From: Mobula hypostoma
Lineage: Eukaryota
DNA: 64,000 bases
Assembly: GCF_963921235.1 (NCBI RefSeq)
Contig: NC_086097.1
Location: 63,738,001 to 63,802,000 of the forward strand
Direction: 5' to 3'
The notes beneath the pieces are model-generated. The model did no database searches. It had not been told where the DNA came from and saw only the letters and a list, made by a program, of their open reading frames with translations. This document shows, piece by piece, positions 1 to 13,620 of this stretch. Each line of letters begins with the position of its first letter. Positions within the stretch are counted from its first letter, which is position 1. The translations under genes and the position numbers were made by a program.

Positions 1-540
1 CCCATGGACTCTTACCAATTTTTACCAATACACTGTAGTAAGCATTCTGTCTGGATGCATAACAGTATGGCAACTGCTCTGCACGTATGTGACTGCAAGA
101 AATTTAGCACATCACAGGAACCAGCCTCCCTTCTGTGGACTTTGTCTATATTTCCCACTGCTTTAGTGAAGTAGCCAGCATAATCAAAGACCCCACTCAC
201 CCCGTTATTCTCCTTTCTCCCCTCTCCATTAGGTAGAAGGTAAAGAAGCCTGAAAACATGTACCATTAGACTCAAGGACAGCTTCTATCCCACTGTTATC
301 AGACTTTTTTATGGACCTCTTGTATGATAAGATAGACTATTGGCCTCACAATCTACGTGGTTATGATCTTCCACTTTATCGTTTACTTGCACTGCAGTTT
401 TTTGGTAGCTTTTACACTATATTCTGCATTGTTATTGTTTTACATTATTCTAGCTCAATGTATTGTGTAATGAGTTAATCTGTATAAACAAATCAGGCTA
501 TTCACTTCATCTTGGTACATGTAATAATAGTATACCAGTA
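1..540 (+). mobile_element. Rex1/Babar-like LINE 3' fragment, degenerate
   Basis: Degenerate LTNFY..TV.SILSGCITVW reading; clear homology to copies at 36925-37525 and 43535-44350. Boundaries approximate. Confidence 0.7.
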
Positions 541-808
541 CTAACTTTAACAACTTTTACTGCATGGATTTAGTGACATGTTGTTCCGGATATCTCTTTT
601 GAGTTGGGACGTTTTTGTCATTTTTGTTTTTTTATATTCCAAATTAAATGCATTCCATAATCCAATTTACCTTCAATTGATACTCTGGATTCATCTTAAT
701 GATATTTACACAGATTTACCAGGAAGCTAACTGACAGGAATAACATTAAATATATATAAATATAAAACTACAAGATCGTACTCTCTCAATTTAAGATTGA
801 GGGAAATG

Positions 809-2437
809 CAGTGGCATGCAAAAGTTTGGGCACCCCGGTCAAAATTTCTGTTACTGTGAATAGTTAAGTGAGTAGAAGATGAACTGATGTCCAAAAGTCA
901 TAAAATTAAAGATGAAACATTCTTTTCAACATTTTAAGCAAGATTAGTGTATTATTTTTGTTTCGTACAATTTTAGGGTGGGGAGAAAAAGGGAAAGGAG
1001 CACCATGCAAAAGTTTGGGCACCCCAAGAGATTTGAGTTCTCCGATAACTTTTACCAAGCTCTCGGACCTTAATTAGCTTGTTAGGGCTATGGCTTGTTC
1101 ACAATCATCGTTAGGAAAGGTCAGGTGATGCAAATTTCAAAGCTTTATAAATACCCTGACTTCTCAAACCTTGTCCCAACAATCAGCAGCCATGGGCTCC
1201 TCTAAGCAGCTGCCTAGCACTCTGAAAATTAAAACAAATGATGCCCACAAAGCAAGAGAAGGCTATAAGAAGATAGCAAAGCGTTTTCAGGTAGCCGTTT
1301 CCTCAGTTCGTACTGTAATTAAATGGCAGTTAACGGGAACGGTGGAGGTCAAGTTGAGGTCTGGAAGACCAAGAAAACTTTCTGAGAGAACTGCTCGTAG
1401 GATTGCTAGAAAGGCAATTTCAGACCCCTGTTTGACTGCAAAAGACCTTCAGGAAGATTTAGCAGACTCTGGAGTGGTGGTGCACTGTTCTACCGTGCAG
1501 TGACACCTGCATAAATATGACCTTCATGGAAAAGTCATCAGAAGAAAACCTTTCCTGCGTTCTCACCACAAAATTTAGCATCAGAAGTTTGCAAAGGAAT
1601 AGCTAAACAAGCCTAATGCATTTTGGAAACAAGTCCTGTGGACTGATGAAGTTAAAATAGAACTTTTTGGCTGCAATGAGCAAAGGTATGTTTGGAGAAA
1701 AAAGGGTGCAGAATTTCATGAAAAGAACACCTCTCCAACTGTTAAGCACGGGGGTGGATCGATCATGCTTTGGGCTTGTGTTGTAGCCAGTGGCACGGGG
1801 GACATTTCACTGGTAGGGGGGAGAATGAATTCAATTAAATACCAGCAGATTCTGGAAGCAAACATCACACCATCTGTAAAAAAAAAGCCGAAGATGAAAA
1901 GAGAATGGCTTCTACAACAGGATAATGATCCTAAACACACCTCAAAATGACACAATGGACTACCTCAAGAGGCACAAGCTGAAGGTTTTGCCATGGCCCT
2001 CACAGTCTCCTGACCCAAACATCATTGAAAATCTGTGGGTAGACCTCAAAAGAGCAGTGCATGCAAGATGGCCCAAGAATCTCACAGAACTAGAAGCCTT
2101 TTGCAAGGAAGAATGGGCAAAATTTCCCCCAAACAAGAATTGAAAGACTCTTAGCTGGCTACAGCAAGCATTTACAAGCTGTGATACTTGCCAAAGGGGG
2201 AGTTACTAACTACTGACCATGCAGGGTGCCCAAACTTTTGCTTCGGGCCCTTTTCCCTTTTTTGTTACTTGGAAACTGTAAAAGATGGAAATAAAAAAAG
2301 TAATCTTGCTTAAAATAGTAAAGAAATGTGTCATCTTTAACTTTATGCCTTTTGAAAATCAGGTCATCTTTTACTCGCTTAGCTATTCACGGTAACAGAA
2401 ATTTTGACCAGGGTGCCCAAACTTTTGCATGCCACTG
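809..2437 (+). mobile_element. Full-length Tc1 (IR/DR type, DD34E) DNA transposon with disrupted transposase
   Basis: ~220 bp terminal inverted repeats CAGTGGCATGCAAAAGTTTGGGCACCC with inner direct repeats; TA after right end (left reads TG). Transposase 1192-2216 with GRPRK, WTDE, QQDNDPKH, SPD.NIIENLW motifs, several stops and frameshifts. Confidence 0.95.
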
Positions 2438-2926
2438 TATACTCTTAGAAATAATCTGAAAAAGCATAACTTCATAGTTAACAAATTGAGGATAGATGAC
2501 CATAATTTTGAATAATTTTTGTGGTTTTATTGGAATGTGGTATGCTTTACCACAGATAATAAGTGGCACTACATTGATTAAGCAATTTAAAAAATATCAT
2601 TTGAAGAAAATTAATGACAGCAAAATGCTGAATCTGAATGTGCATATTTTGTATGGCTTTCTCCTTCCTCTTATGACTGCCAGTTGGATAGATTCTAGAA
2701 CTGTCTATCTCTGTAGTTTATTCCCTTTGAGCTGATTTCTCTTCCAAAATTCTTTGAGCTTTGATATTTTTCTCAAAGGCAAAATTGTACTTGAAATTGT
2801 TAAGGATGGTCAGAGTATGCAATCTGAGTATGATCTTAATAAACATGTTCAGATAATAGTTTATTTTGCATTGGAAAACTATTAAAATAGAAATCTAATG
2901 CTTTGTTATTCTGTTTGTTTCCTTAG

Positions 2927-3037
2927 GGTAGATGGTTATATGCTCTGTTAGCCTGCATAGAAAAGCCTCTACTTCCCGAAGCCCATTCTCTTATTCGACA
3001 GCTAGCAAGAAGGTGTTCTGAAGTTCGTGCTAAACTA
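2927..3037 (+). CDS. GEMIN2: Gem-associated protein 2, third-last coding exon (earlier exons lie upstream of the window)
   Basis: ttag|...|gtaagt, 111 nt, [37 protein letters not shown], recognisable vertebrate Gemin2 C-terminal region. Confidence 0.96.
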
Positions 3038-4047
3038 GTAAGTGTCTGGTAACTTTGTTTTCTAAAGTCCATGGCAATCTCAGTGGCTTTGATCAGTAAT
3101 CCAATTTTATTCTGAATTCATCTAATACTGTTGAAATAAATTTTAATAGAGCTGTGAGATAAAATTACAGCTGTTCCTTGATTGCCTTGTGCACCGAATT
3201 AGTTTAGATTTTGGAAGTAATACTGTACACGTATGTTTATGTGTAGAGTGAGTCACACTGTTTACTATTTTGGAAGGGCAGTGGCATATGTATTGCCAGC
3301 ATCAACTAGAATTATGTAGATTAATTGTTTTATAAAATCAATCAGTCTGCATTTTTGATTGTAAACCAGATCTTTCAAATTGGAGCTCGTATAGTTATGG
3401 GTTCACCTTGTGCGTCTTCAGAAAGGTCCCATCTCAACTGTGCAGTTTGAAGAAATTGAAAGATAATTATCAATTTGTTGCTTGATAGTTTCCATAGTCT
3501 GTTGTTTCAACTCACCTAGTATTTACTGTTTTGCATTTTTAAAATTGCAAAGTCAGCAGAAATGGAGTGTCATGGCCTGAAGGTTTTTAGCTTTGCACTA
3601 AGCAGTTACTCATAAATATTGGTACATTAGTTAGGGACTCTCCTCTGAGTACAACGTGTTAGGTGAATCAATAGAGGTTATGCAGAACCGGGAAAAAGTG
3701 CTGGAGAAGGCAGAAGAAGGAAAAGCAGCAAATCATATCAACATCAGGTGTTCAGGCTGCAACTTTACATCAGCAACAACCACACTGAATTACATGTGTA
3801 ACTTGCGAGTTTCTTGACCCATTCTTGCTCAGTACTGCCAGGATCATATTGGCTATAAACTCTGTATCAAGCTCCCTCTGTTCTGGAGCTTTGTACTGGT
3901 GATCTCAGTTCCGAAGCTGCAGAATGTATTTTCATCTCTATTGTCAGAGATGTAGCTACTCAGAATCTCAACTGTGGCTTGGCTAACCCATGTCTCAGTT
4001 AAATGAAGGTCATGTGAATCATTTAACTAAAGGTAATCTTCTCATCC

Positions 4048-4133
4048 CGTCCTGACGAAGGGTCTCGGCCCGAAACGTCGACTGCACCTCTTCCGAGAGA
4101 TGCTGTGTTCACCAGCAACTTTGATGTGTGCTG
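4048..4133 (+). mobile_element. Short Penelope-derived insertion carrying a minimal hammerhead motif
   Basis: GTC-CTGACGA-A-GGGT-CTCG-GCCC-GAAA-CGTC-GAC; flanked by a 10 bp direct repeat CTTCTCATCC (4038-4047, 4134-4143). Confidence 0.75.
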
Positions 4134-5228
4134 CTTCTCATCCAATTGTCTGGTTTACACTGAAGTTGTTGTTCTTTGTCCCTGCTATGGTTCCATTATT
4201 TAATTGTGGTAACATCTCAGATGAGACCAATTTAACCCCGTATTCACTATCAAATTTCCAATTAGCTGTCGAGAATATGATTCTTGGATTTTTCTTTTCT
4301 TCCATTTAGTATTTACTCATAATCCTTACTATTATCTTGATTGAGGTTATATTACAGACTGTAGATCAGGGTTTCAAACAGGCATTTTCCTATCTGCTGT
4401 CTTAACCAAATTATTCAGGGAATTCTCTAATGGATCATTTTGAAACTAAGTAGAAAAACAGAATGTAGCAGAAGTTTTGGACCATTGGTCTGTCAACACA
4501 AAGTGAATTTTGTCATGCTTCAAAGAGTCAAAGTACATTACTTCAAAGTACGTTTATTATCAAAGTATGTATGTAAGTATTATTACCCCTCAACTATCAA
4601 GTTCTTTTGCATTTTTGTTGTCTTTTGCACATTGGTTGCTTAGTTTAGAACTGTCTTTCATTGATTCTGTTATGTTTCTTGCGTTCACTCATAATCCTTA
4701 CTGAGAATGCCCGCAAGAAAATGAACCTCAGGGTTGTATTTGGTGACATATACATACTTTGATAATAAGTTTACCTTGAACAAAAAAATTCTGGAATGTT
4801 AAAACAAAATGAACCCAAGTAATGGTATATATGAAACTACCGAATTCGTAAATTAAACAAATCTGATTCACCTATGTACACCAGGAAAGGAAATCTGCCA
4901 TACCTACCCCATCAGGCCTATATGTAATTCTAGTTCCATGTATGTGGTTGACCCTTAACTTCTCAGTTCAAGGCAGTTGATAATGGACAATAAAGCCAGC
5001 ATTGCCAGTGTTGTCCAGATCACAAGAATTGACAAATGCCTTGTAAGACTTGTGCAGTTGCAATATAGTGATACTCCTTGGGAGCACAGGATGAATACTC
5101 AAAAGTTTTTAAAAAGGTTTACTAATTTTATTGAACTTTTTCTCGAACTAAATGATGAGAATTTGCTACAATGCATCAAGTGACATGAGCAGGCAGATAT
5201 TAAGATTAGTGAATAGACCATATAATAA

Positions 5229-5410
5229 GTAACACTCACAACACGCTGGAGGAACTCAGCAGGTCAGGCAGCATCGGTGGAAACGATGAGTTGAGGTTTC
5301 GGGCCGAAACCCTTCATCAGGACTGTAGAGGGAAGGGGCAGAGGCTTCTGAGTTCCTCCAGCGTGTTATGAGTGTTACTTTGATCCCAGCATCTGCAGAT
5401 TATTTTGTGT
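5229..5410. mobile_element. Penelope-derived repeat, fold-back (inverted) insertion
   Basis: Arms 5231-5259 and 5349-5377 are near-perfect reverse complements; same family as 22420-22545. Confidence 0.7.
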
Positions 5411-6545
5411 AGACCAGTTAATAATTTGTTTGTTCCACTCTTCAGTTAAATCATGGTTGATCTGTATATTGACTTCATTTACCAGTTTTGGTTCTTAACC
5501 TAATAGCTTTATATATTGCTTTTTCAAGAATAGCCAAAATATGCACTTGACTGGATTAAGGAGAGTTGTTTGTGTATTGAAAAACTTCTCCACTTGGGCT
5601 CAGGAGTAGAGCTACTGCCACCAAGTTCCAGGGTTCAATCCTGATGCCCGTGTGGAGTTTTGGTAATGGGGCAGCACACAAGAGTAGTATTTAGCGTAAT
5701 GCTATTACACTACCCACGTTCAATCCCTCTGCTGTCTCTAAGGCCAATGTGGGTTTCCTCTCGGTTCTCTGTTTTCCAGCCACATTCCAAAGACATGCGG
5801 GTTAGTAGGTTAATTGGTCATATGGGTATAATTGGGCAGTATGTGCTCATTGGGACGGAAGGGCCTGTAACTGCAGTGTATTTCTAAAATCAATCAATCA
5901 ATCAATCAATCCATTAAATAGAGGAATGTTGGAATCTGCATTTTCATAATTTTTGATTCAGAGACAATAGTATGCTTTTTGTAAATAGTTTATTATATTA
6001 ATTTACAGATGCACTTTGACTATCAGGAACCTTAATCTTTTGTGTAAAATAATTACAAAATGGGTTTATTCAGTGGCTTTCATAATTATCTTTGCTTAAT
6101 AGTGATATCAGCAAGTTACCTAGAGTATGGTTAAAATAAAAAAAGTGTGCAAAATCGTAATCAAATCTGCTTGATATTTTTAAACCAATAGAAGAGATAG
6201 GGCTGGAGCTGTATACTTTCACTTTGAGGTCAGGAGAGTGAATAGAAAAGCTGGATATGTTTACCCCACCGAAGTTTTCTAAGCCACTCTCTTCGCCCAT
6301 GAAGACTATCTACAGTATATGCAGTAAGTGTTTCAACTTACTGTAGCTATCAATTGGTATTTAAGTGTACCTAAGTTGTTTCTTTATTTAAAACATTCCT
6401 GCTTTATACTGACATTTTAATTTTTTTCATGGAAGGGTTGAATACCTGCATCACACCAATATTTAAATTGTATGTTGTAAATGAGCAAATATCAACTCCT
6501 TAAGAGTTTACAAAAATAACAATTTTTTCCCTTTTTTTCTTCTAG

Positions 6546-6604
6546 GAAAATCCAGAAGATGGAGAATTGTCAGCATTAAATTTACTCATTTGTTTAGTTG
6601 CCAG
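6546..6604 (+). CDS. GEMIN2: Gemin2 penultimate coding exon
   Basis: Long polypyrimidine tract, ctag|...|gtattc, 59 nt, ENPEDGELSALNLLICLVA(R); phase fits both neighbours. Confidence 0.94.
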
Positions 6605-7264
6605 GTATTCTACAACTTTTCTTGGTCTCTGCATGCTTATGGGTATTCTATAACTTTTTAACTGAGGGAATTCATCGCTCAAATAAAGATATAGTAGCAA
6701 CACCTAATAATTTGATTATTCTGGTATTCATATTTTTTCTGCTATGTGTACTTATAATTATTGCACACTACAAACATAATGTCAGGAATTGTAATTAAAT
6801 GTACTTAATTAATCAAATAGCAGAGACTTAAGTCACATCAGACCGTTATCTTGGCTGCTGGAAGGATCTATAGGCAAAGTCATTTGGTTGGATAATAGTG
6901 GAAGCTGTTTGGTGACCTTTTACAAACTAATCATCTTTTGCACATTTATCTGCCAGTATCTATTGAGGATAAGGCAACTTTAAGTAAGCTGATATATATC
7001 TCAATGTATAAATTGGTTTATTATTATCACATGTACTGAGGTACAGTGAAAACTTTGTATGTAAGTATTGGCAATAGAAAAGCTAATTTGTTTAATATAA
7101 TTAAAATCAGAAATACCCTATCGCAACAGTTTTTAATATAACTAATCTACAGTTATAACTATTTCTGGAACATCAGGTTTTCATAATGAGCGCATGTATA
7201 ACCCCACTTGGAGTGTCTGAATAATATAACACAAGTTTTCGGGGAAAAACATGGGGCAATCTGG

Positions 7265-7885
7265 CATTTCAAGTTGTTTATTGTCGTCCAACAGTACACA
7301 TTTATACTGCCAAGTGAAACAATATTCCTCCGTACCAAGGTGCACAACACAATTTATATAACTCACACAGATACCACAAAGTAATATTACCACTACTAAG
7401 TTAACAAATAATAGGGTGCATTTACAACACAAATTTAAAAGTAAACAGTATAATGCTACTGGTGCTTCATACATGAAGAAACCTGGGTGGTAGCAGGGAG
7501 TTCAGTAGTCTTGGTCTGGAGGAAGAAGCAGTTTCCCATCCTAACACTTCTTGTTCTAATGCTATGGTACCTCCTGCTCGATGGAGGGGAGGGGTCAATG
7601 CTAAGGGCCCTGCATATGCATTGCTCCTATAAATATCTCTGATGGGTGGAAGAGAGACCCCAATGATCACTTCAGCAGTCTTCACAATTCTTTGTAGTGT
7701 CTTGCGGTCAGATGCCTTGCAATTCCCATACCAGATGGTGTTGCAGTTGGTCAGGACAGTCTCAATGGTGCTCCTGTAAAAATTGGTTAGATGGGGGAGG
7801 GCGCGCTCACCTCCATCTCCTCAGGAAATGGAGACGTGCTTTGCTTTTTGAATCAGAGATGGTGTTAAAGGGACCAGGTGAGATA
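7265..7885 (-). mobile_element. Rex1/Babar-like LINE 3' fragment
   Basis: Reverse-strand NFYRSTIETVLTNC.TIWYGNC-like reading and family-type 3' UTR; boundaries approximate. Confidence 0.7.
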
Positions 7886-8523
7886 ATTTACATAATATTC
7901 AATGGATGAGGTCATTTAAGCCATTTATCTTTTCCTGTATCCTGACTATTTGTTCCAAAGATCATAACACTAATCATTGATGCATGCACATGGGGCTTTT
8001 TCTGAAGGAGCTAACTAAAATGTACAAATTTGGGTTATGTGAAAATGAATAACTTAAGACAGATCAAAGATTCAATGGAATTGTTTAAATTTAACCCAAA
8101 TACAATGTAAAATTATGTTTCCTATTAAATTTGACATTTTAATTTCAGTATAGCTGATATAATCCATAATAGTTTTCATACCAATAATATCAGCAAAATT
8201 AGTTTTATTTCTTTAATTGTGAAGCAAAACAGAACATTTTGATCTTCTACTTTGATAGTGTTTACATATTTGTGTTTATGAGTAAGAATACATTTATTCA
8301 GTGTCCTCTGAGATTTAGTTTCCTATTCACCTCAATATTAAGCGGGCATTACTCTTTCTGAAATAAGGAAGGAAGATTAGGAGGACAGGAATATTTAATT
8401 AGAGACTTCACACTATTATAGGATAGAGGGATCTAATGTCTTCATACATGAAATTCAGTAGCTATTTAAATACATGTGATTGGAAAGGTAAATGGAATGA
8501 TGCCTTTTCTTGCAAGAGAGATA

Positions 8524-9275
8524 AATTGAATTGACTTTATTTCTTACATCCTTCACATACACGAGGAGTAAAATCTTTATATTGCGTCTCCGTCTAAATG
8601 TGCAATTTATAGTAATTTGTAATAAATAGTATGTACAACAGGACAGTCAATATAGCATAGAAATACAATTGTATCAGCATGAATTAATTAGTCTGATGGC
8701 CTGGTAGAAGAAGCTGTCCTGGAGCCTGTTGGTCCTGGCTTTTATGCTGCAGTACCATTTCCTAGATGGAACAGTTCGTGGGTGGGGTGACTTGGGTCCC
8801 CAGTGATCCTTTGGGCCCTTTTTAAGCACCTGTCTCTGTAAATGACTTGGATAGTGGGAAGTTCACATCTACAGATGTGCTGAGCTGCCCTCACCACTCT
8901 CTGCAGAGTCCTGCGATTGAGGGAAGTACAGTTCCCTTACCACGCAGTAATGCAGCCAATCAGGATGCTCTCAATTGTGTCCCTGTAGAAAGTCCTTAGG
9001 ACTTGGGGACTCATGCCATCCTCGACTGTCTTTTCTCACCACACAGCCGGTATGTACAGACCACACAAGATCCTCAGTGATGTGTATGCCGAGGAATTTA
9101 AAGCTGTTCGCCCTCTCAATCCCAGATCCATTGATGTCAATGGGGGCTAGCCTGTCTCCATTCCTTCTGTAGTCCACAAATACCTCCTTTGTTTTTATAA
9201 CATTGAGGGAGAGGTTGTTTTCTTGACACCACTATGTCAGGGTGATGACTTCTTCTCTGTAGGCTGCCTTGTTAT
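8524..9275 (-). mobile_element. Rex1/Babar-like LINE 3' fragment
   Basis: ORF 8971..9177 DYRR...IERANSFKFLGIHITEDLVWS (RT C-terminal FKFLG motif); short-repeat tail near 8524. Confidence 0.8.
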
Positions 9276-9284
9276 GATGAATAT

Positions 9285-9620
9285 ATTAGGTGGAATATAA
9301 AAGAAAAACAGCTTTGTTACAGCTGCACAGGGTAAACATGAAACCATACCTAGAACACCATGTGAAATTTCCGTCTCATTTAAGAAAGGGTACACATAGG
9401 TTAGAAGCAATTCAGAGAAGATTGACGGGGCTCATTTCTGGGATGAAGAGGTTGTGTTGTGAGAAAAGACTGAGCAGATTGGGCATAAACTGAGAAGAGT
9501 TCTGAAAATGGGAGGTAATCTATTGAAGTATATAAAATTTTAAAGCAACTTTGCCTTTTATAGGAAACTGCTTAGAAGAGGGGACAGTTTTAAAATAAAA
9601 GGCATTTGTATTGTTGGCAA
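9285..9620 (+). mobile_element. CR1 LINE fragment
   Basis: ORF 9290..9493 KPYLEHHVKF...LEAIQRRLTGLISGM...EKRLSRLG resembles the CR1 ORF2 C-terminus. Confidence 0.75.
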
Positions 9621-11148
9621 ATTTGGATGACATACATTTTGCCTCTTCAACCAACCAGTTAATATAGGCTGTAAATCATTGAGTTTCCACCACTGATCCC
9701 TGTGGTGCTGCACTAATTGCCATGTACTAATCTGAAAGTCACCCATTTACTCTGTTATTCTATATTATTCCCTAATGCCATGAGCTTTCACTTTATGCAA
9801 TAATTTTTAATAACACCTTATCAACCACAGCACTGTACCTGCAGATTCCTCATTATCCACCCTGCTCGTTATGTCCTCAAAGAACATTAATTGTTTTGTT
9901 TAAATGCTTGCCACTGCTTTCTTACTAACAGAATGCCTCACTGGCCTATGGTTTCATTCTCCTGTTCAATGTGGGGCACCACATACCACTTTTCCAATCA
10001 ACTGTGACCCTTCTAGAATAGAGGGAATTTTGGAACATCACAAATTATATATCCACTAATTCAGCATCTACTTTTAAAGACAACATCCAGAAAATGCTTG
10101 AGGAACTCACCAGGCCAGGTAGCATCTATGGAAAAAAGTACAGTCGACATTTCAGGCAGAGACCCTTCGGCAAGACTTTAAGACTATAGGATACAGTAGT
10201 CCGGTGCTGCTGGCTTATTCATTACTTATTCCTCTTTTTTATTCTGTTATTGGATGTTTTATACTATGAAGACTAACACAAAGTTTTTGATCAGTATTTT
10301 TCATTTTCTTGCTTATCATTAACCTTGGTGGATTTTCTTGATTACCATTATTAATTTTCTCAACCTCTCTGGAACCAACATTTACTTCAGCAACTTTCTT
10401 CAAATATATATTTGTTGAGAATTGTGAAAACCCATATTACATGTTTGCATATCTACCGTCTTAGCTTTAATCAATTTTAGCAGTCCACTTTTGCCAGCTC
10501 ATACTTTTATAACTTCCTTTAAGTTGAGACATTGATGTCAGGCCCAACATTTGCACTCTCAACTGGATATATAAATATTTTTCACATCATTTCCTTAGAA
10601 TTCCTCCTTAACGGTCACTACCTATGTTCTCTATCACTTCATGTGTCTTAACCAATCACCATGTAACCTGTATTCTTGCACCTCATTCTTCTCCTAATTC
10701 AGTTTTGAAAACTAAACTCTGTGGTCTTCACCTAGTTTTGAGGAAGTGTCTCTGATCCAAAATATTGACTAGTTTCGCTTTCCAGGTATTGCTTGACTGG
10801 CTGAATTCTTCCAGCATTTTCTATATTTTTGTTTCCTATCTACACTATCACCTTGTCCTAATTTTCCCCTCACCTGAATCCTTCCCTACAAATACTTCAG
10901 TTTTTAATTATTCTGAAATGTAAACAGAAAATAATGGTAATACTCAGCAGGTCAGATAACATCTATTGGAGGTAGAAAAAGAGAGTTAATGTTTCAGGTC
11001 ATTGATCTTGCAAATAGTGCATTGTAGAAAAGAATCTGTATATTGGGTACACATCAGTCAGATCATGACAAGGATTTTTTTTGGTGGTTTTGACTATAAA
11101 AAGACATCTCACAATGTACAATTTCTTATTTAACTTTCTATTTTTCAG

Positions 11149-11185
11149 GTATTTTGAACAGTGTGATCTTGCAGATAAGGACTGA
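11149..11185 (+). CDS. GEMIN2: Gemin2 last coding exon
   Basis: tttttcag|G TAT TTT GAA CAG TGT GAT CTT GCA GAT AAG GAC TGA = (R)YFEQCDLADKD*; AATAAA at 11444-11449. Confidence 0.93.
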
Positions 11186-13602
11186 TGTTAATGGAGTCTG
11201 GAATTAAAATTCAGTCCATAATTTTGGAATATACTATGGTGACATATTTCTATCTCATTTGAATTTAGATCCTTTCATGTTTTGTTGACACAATGTTGTA
11301 TGTTATGTCCAATCACGAACAAGATAAAATCTGCAGAGGCTGGAAATCCAAGCAACACATTTTGTGTGTATTGTATGTAGAGTTTTATATAAAATTCACA
11401 TGATAAAATTAATGAGAATCAAAACCAATTCTCAAATGTTATAAATAAATAATTTGACATGGTTAGAGTTGTCTGTTATTGACTGAAAGTTCTTGCAGAT
11501 TAATTCAATAATTTGAAACTGCGACTAAAAAATTAATGGCATTGCAATAATTTTCAGAAGAATTATCTTAATTTTGACTTAATATAATTTCCATGCATTT
11601 AGTTATATTTATAACTGTATATGGACACAGATAAAATTACCTTTGCTTTTAGCCAAGAACTCTGTCACGGATAGAATCAGAGGAAACACATATTGATAAT
11701 TTAAAGTTGTATCTTGAAGCTAGTCAATTTTCTTTCCAACATTTTCTTTAAGTTTGGATATTTATTCAAGTTATTCTGGGAACACCTGATCGAATTCCAG
11801 TTTTAAAATATGGTACTATGGTTGTATGGGATTAAACAGCCCAAAATAGCATCAGTGCTCAAACCAGATTCAGTAAGTATCCATGAAATTCTAATTAGCT
11901 TGATTAACAAAACAAATACACATTCCAGCAACGAAATGCTCATTTTAAGGGAAGTTCCATGTGATTAGAAATTCTATTTTGTTTTTTTAAATATAATTTT
12001 CTCATCTGTAGTAAAACAAACGTTACAAATAGTGTAATACCAGCTTAATATTGAATGAAATTGTTTTCTTTTGTTTCAAATTGCCATATGTTTAGCAAAA
12101 TCTAAGATTCCTAATGCTTCCATAAACAGCAGCAACATTCTATACTAAATGGCACAGCAGTGTAGCAGTTAATGCAGTGCTTTGCTCTGCCAGCTGCAAG
12201 ATCGGGCTTCAGTTCCTGCTACTGGCAGGAAGGAGTTTATACATTTTCACTGGGTTTCCTCCCACATTCTAAAGATGTACAGTTAGGGTTAGTAAATAGT
12301 GGCATGTTATGTTAGCACCAGAAATGTGGCACAAAATGACACATTTCACTGTGTTTTGATGTACATGTGACAAATAAAGCTAATCTTTATATTTATAAGA
12401 CTAATGGCAAGCATTATGTGGTGCAAGTATCTGATTTATTATACAAACGTTTGTACCTTGATCTGTTTGAGTTGTCTATTAATTATGAAAAATAGTTTTT
12501 GAATATTTTACACTTTCCACATAAAATTAGGATTGTCCCCAATTTCTACTTGCAACAATGTTTGCTAAATAGAGCAGTTAAAAGTTCAATCCCTGAATAA
12601 AAGTTTGAATGTAACATTTCTTGGACATTTTGAACACATCAGATTCTTCAAAATGGAAGGACTGATTCCATTGAAAAATTGACTATAGGTATTTCAAATA
12701 AAGGCACAATGACCTGAATGGTTTCCTCCTGTGTGATTTTTTTCTTTTTATTCCTCAAGTACTCAGCATTGGCAGTGTTAGAATTGAAATTTACAAAAGC
12801 ACCATGTCAAATATGTTATGGAAACATGATTAGAGTTTGATTTCATATTAAGTTCATCAAAAGTGACACTAAAACCAATGGGAAACTGGCTAATTCAAAT
12901 GCCAAATTTATTTTGGTCAGTATGACAGTTATATACTAAACACCACATAAGAGGAAGCAGCAAGGCCAACAGAGGAACACCTGGGTTCCGATCAAAACCT
13001 GGCTAACAGAGTATCCAGACTGTCATTAGGTCAACGTACATATTTGCTTAACTGACATGCCAAATAACTGAGAGTTCACTGTAATAAGTTGGTAATTTGG
13101 GGAAACTGCAAGTAGTTTATTTTTGAGCAACAGTTGATACTTCAGAAAGAGGAAACAAATCTTACATGAAGAATTGCAGATTCATTCTCATTTTGGTGGT
13201 GGGATCTTTTTTGGTATTAACATGTCACATCACTACCAGAAAAATGGGACAGCTATCTATGATTTGATCCAAAATCTTGTCTTTAAGGTTGGTTGTCAAA
13301 GTCGAGTGACATTTTTGACCTTAATCTCGAATACATTCCCTGTGTCCACATTTATTTTGAAAGCTATGTATGGAAGCCAGTGAAGTGCAAATATCTCTAG
13401 GAGAATGAAGATTTGATTAATGCTGGGGTTAGGAAGTTAGTTATTTGTTAACAATAATTTTAATTCAGGCAATACTTAATCAGCCTTTAAAACTAACCTC
13501 ATAATACATCTTTCTAACCATGTAGTCCATTCCATTATCTCCTTTAATGCTGTGTTTTTTAAATAAATATGATTACAATACAATGAAACATTTTTAAGGT
13601 AT

Positions 13603-13620
13603 TTTATTCAAACTTTTATT
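13603..13620 (-). terminator. Candidate tandem poly(A) signals of TRAPPC6B
   Basis: Two AATAAA on the minus strand (13603-13608, 13615-13620) followed by T/GT-rich sequence; more proximal candidates exist near 15653 and 15691, so usage is uncertain. Confidence 0.4.
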
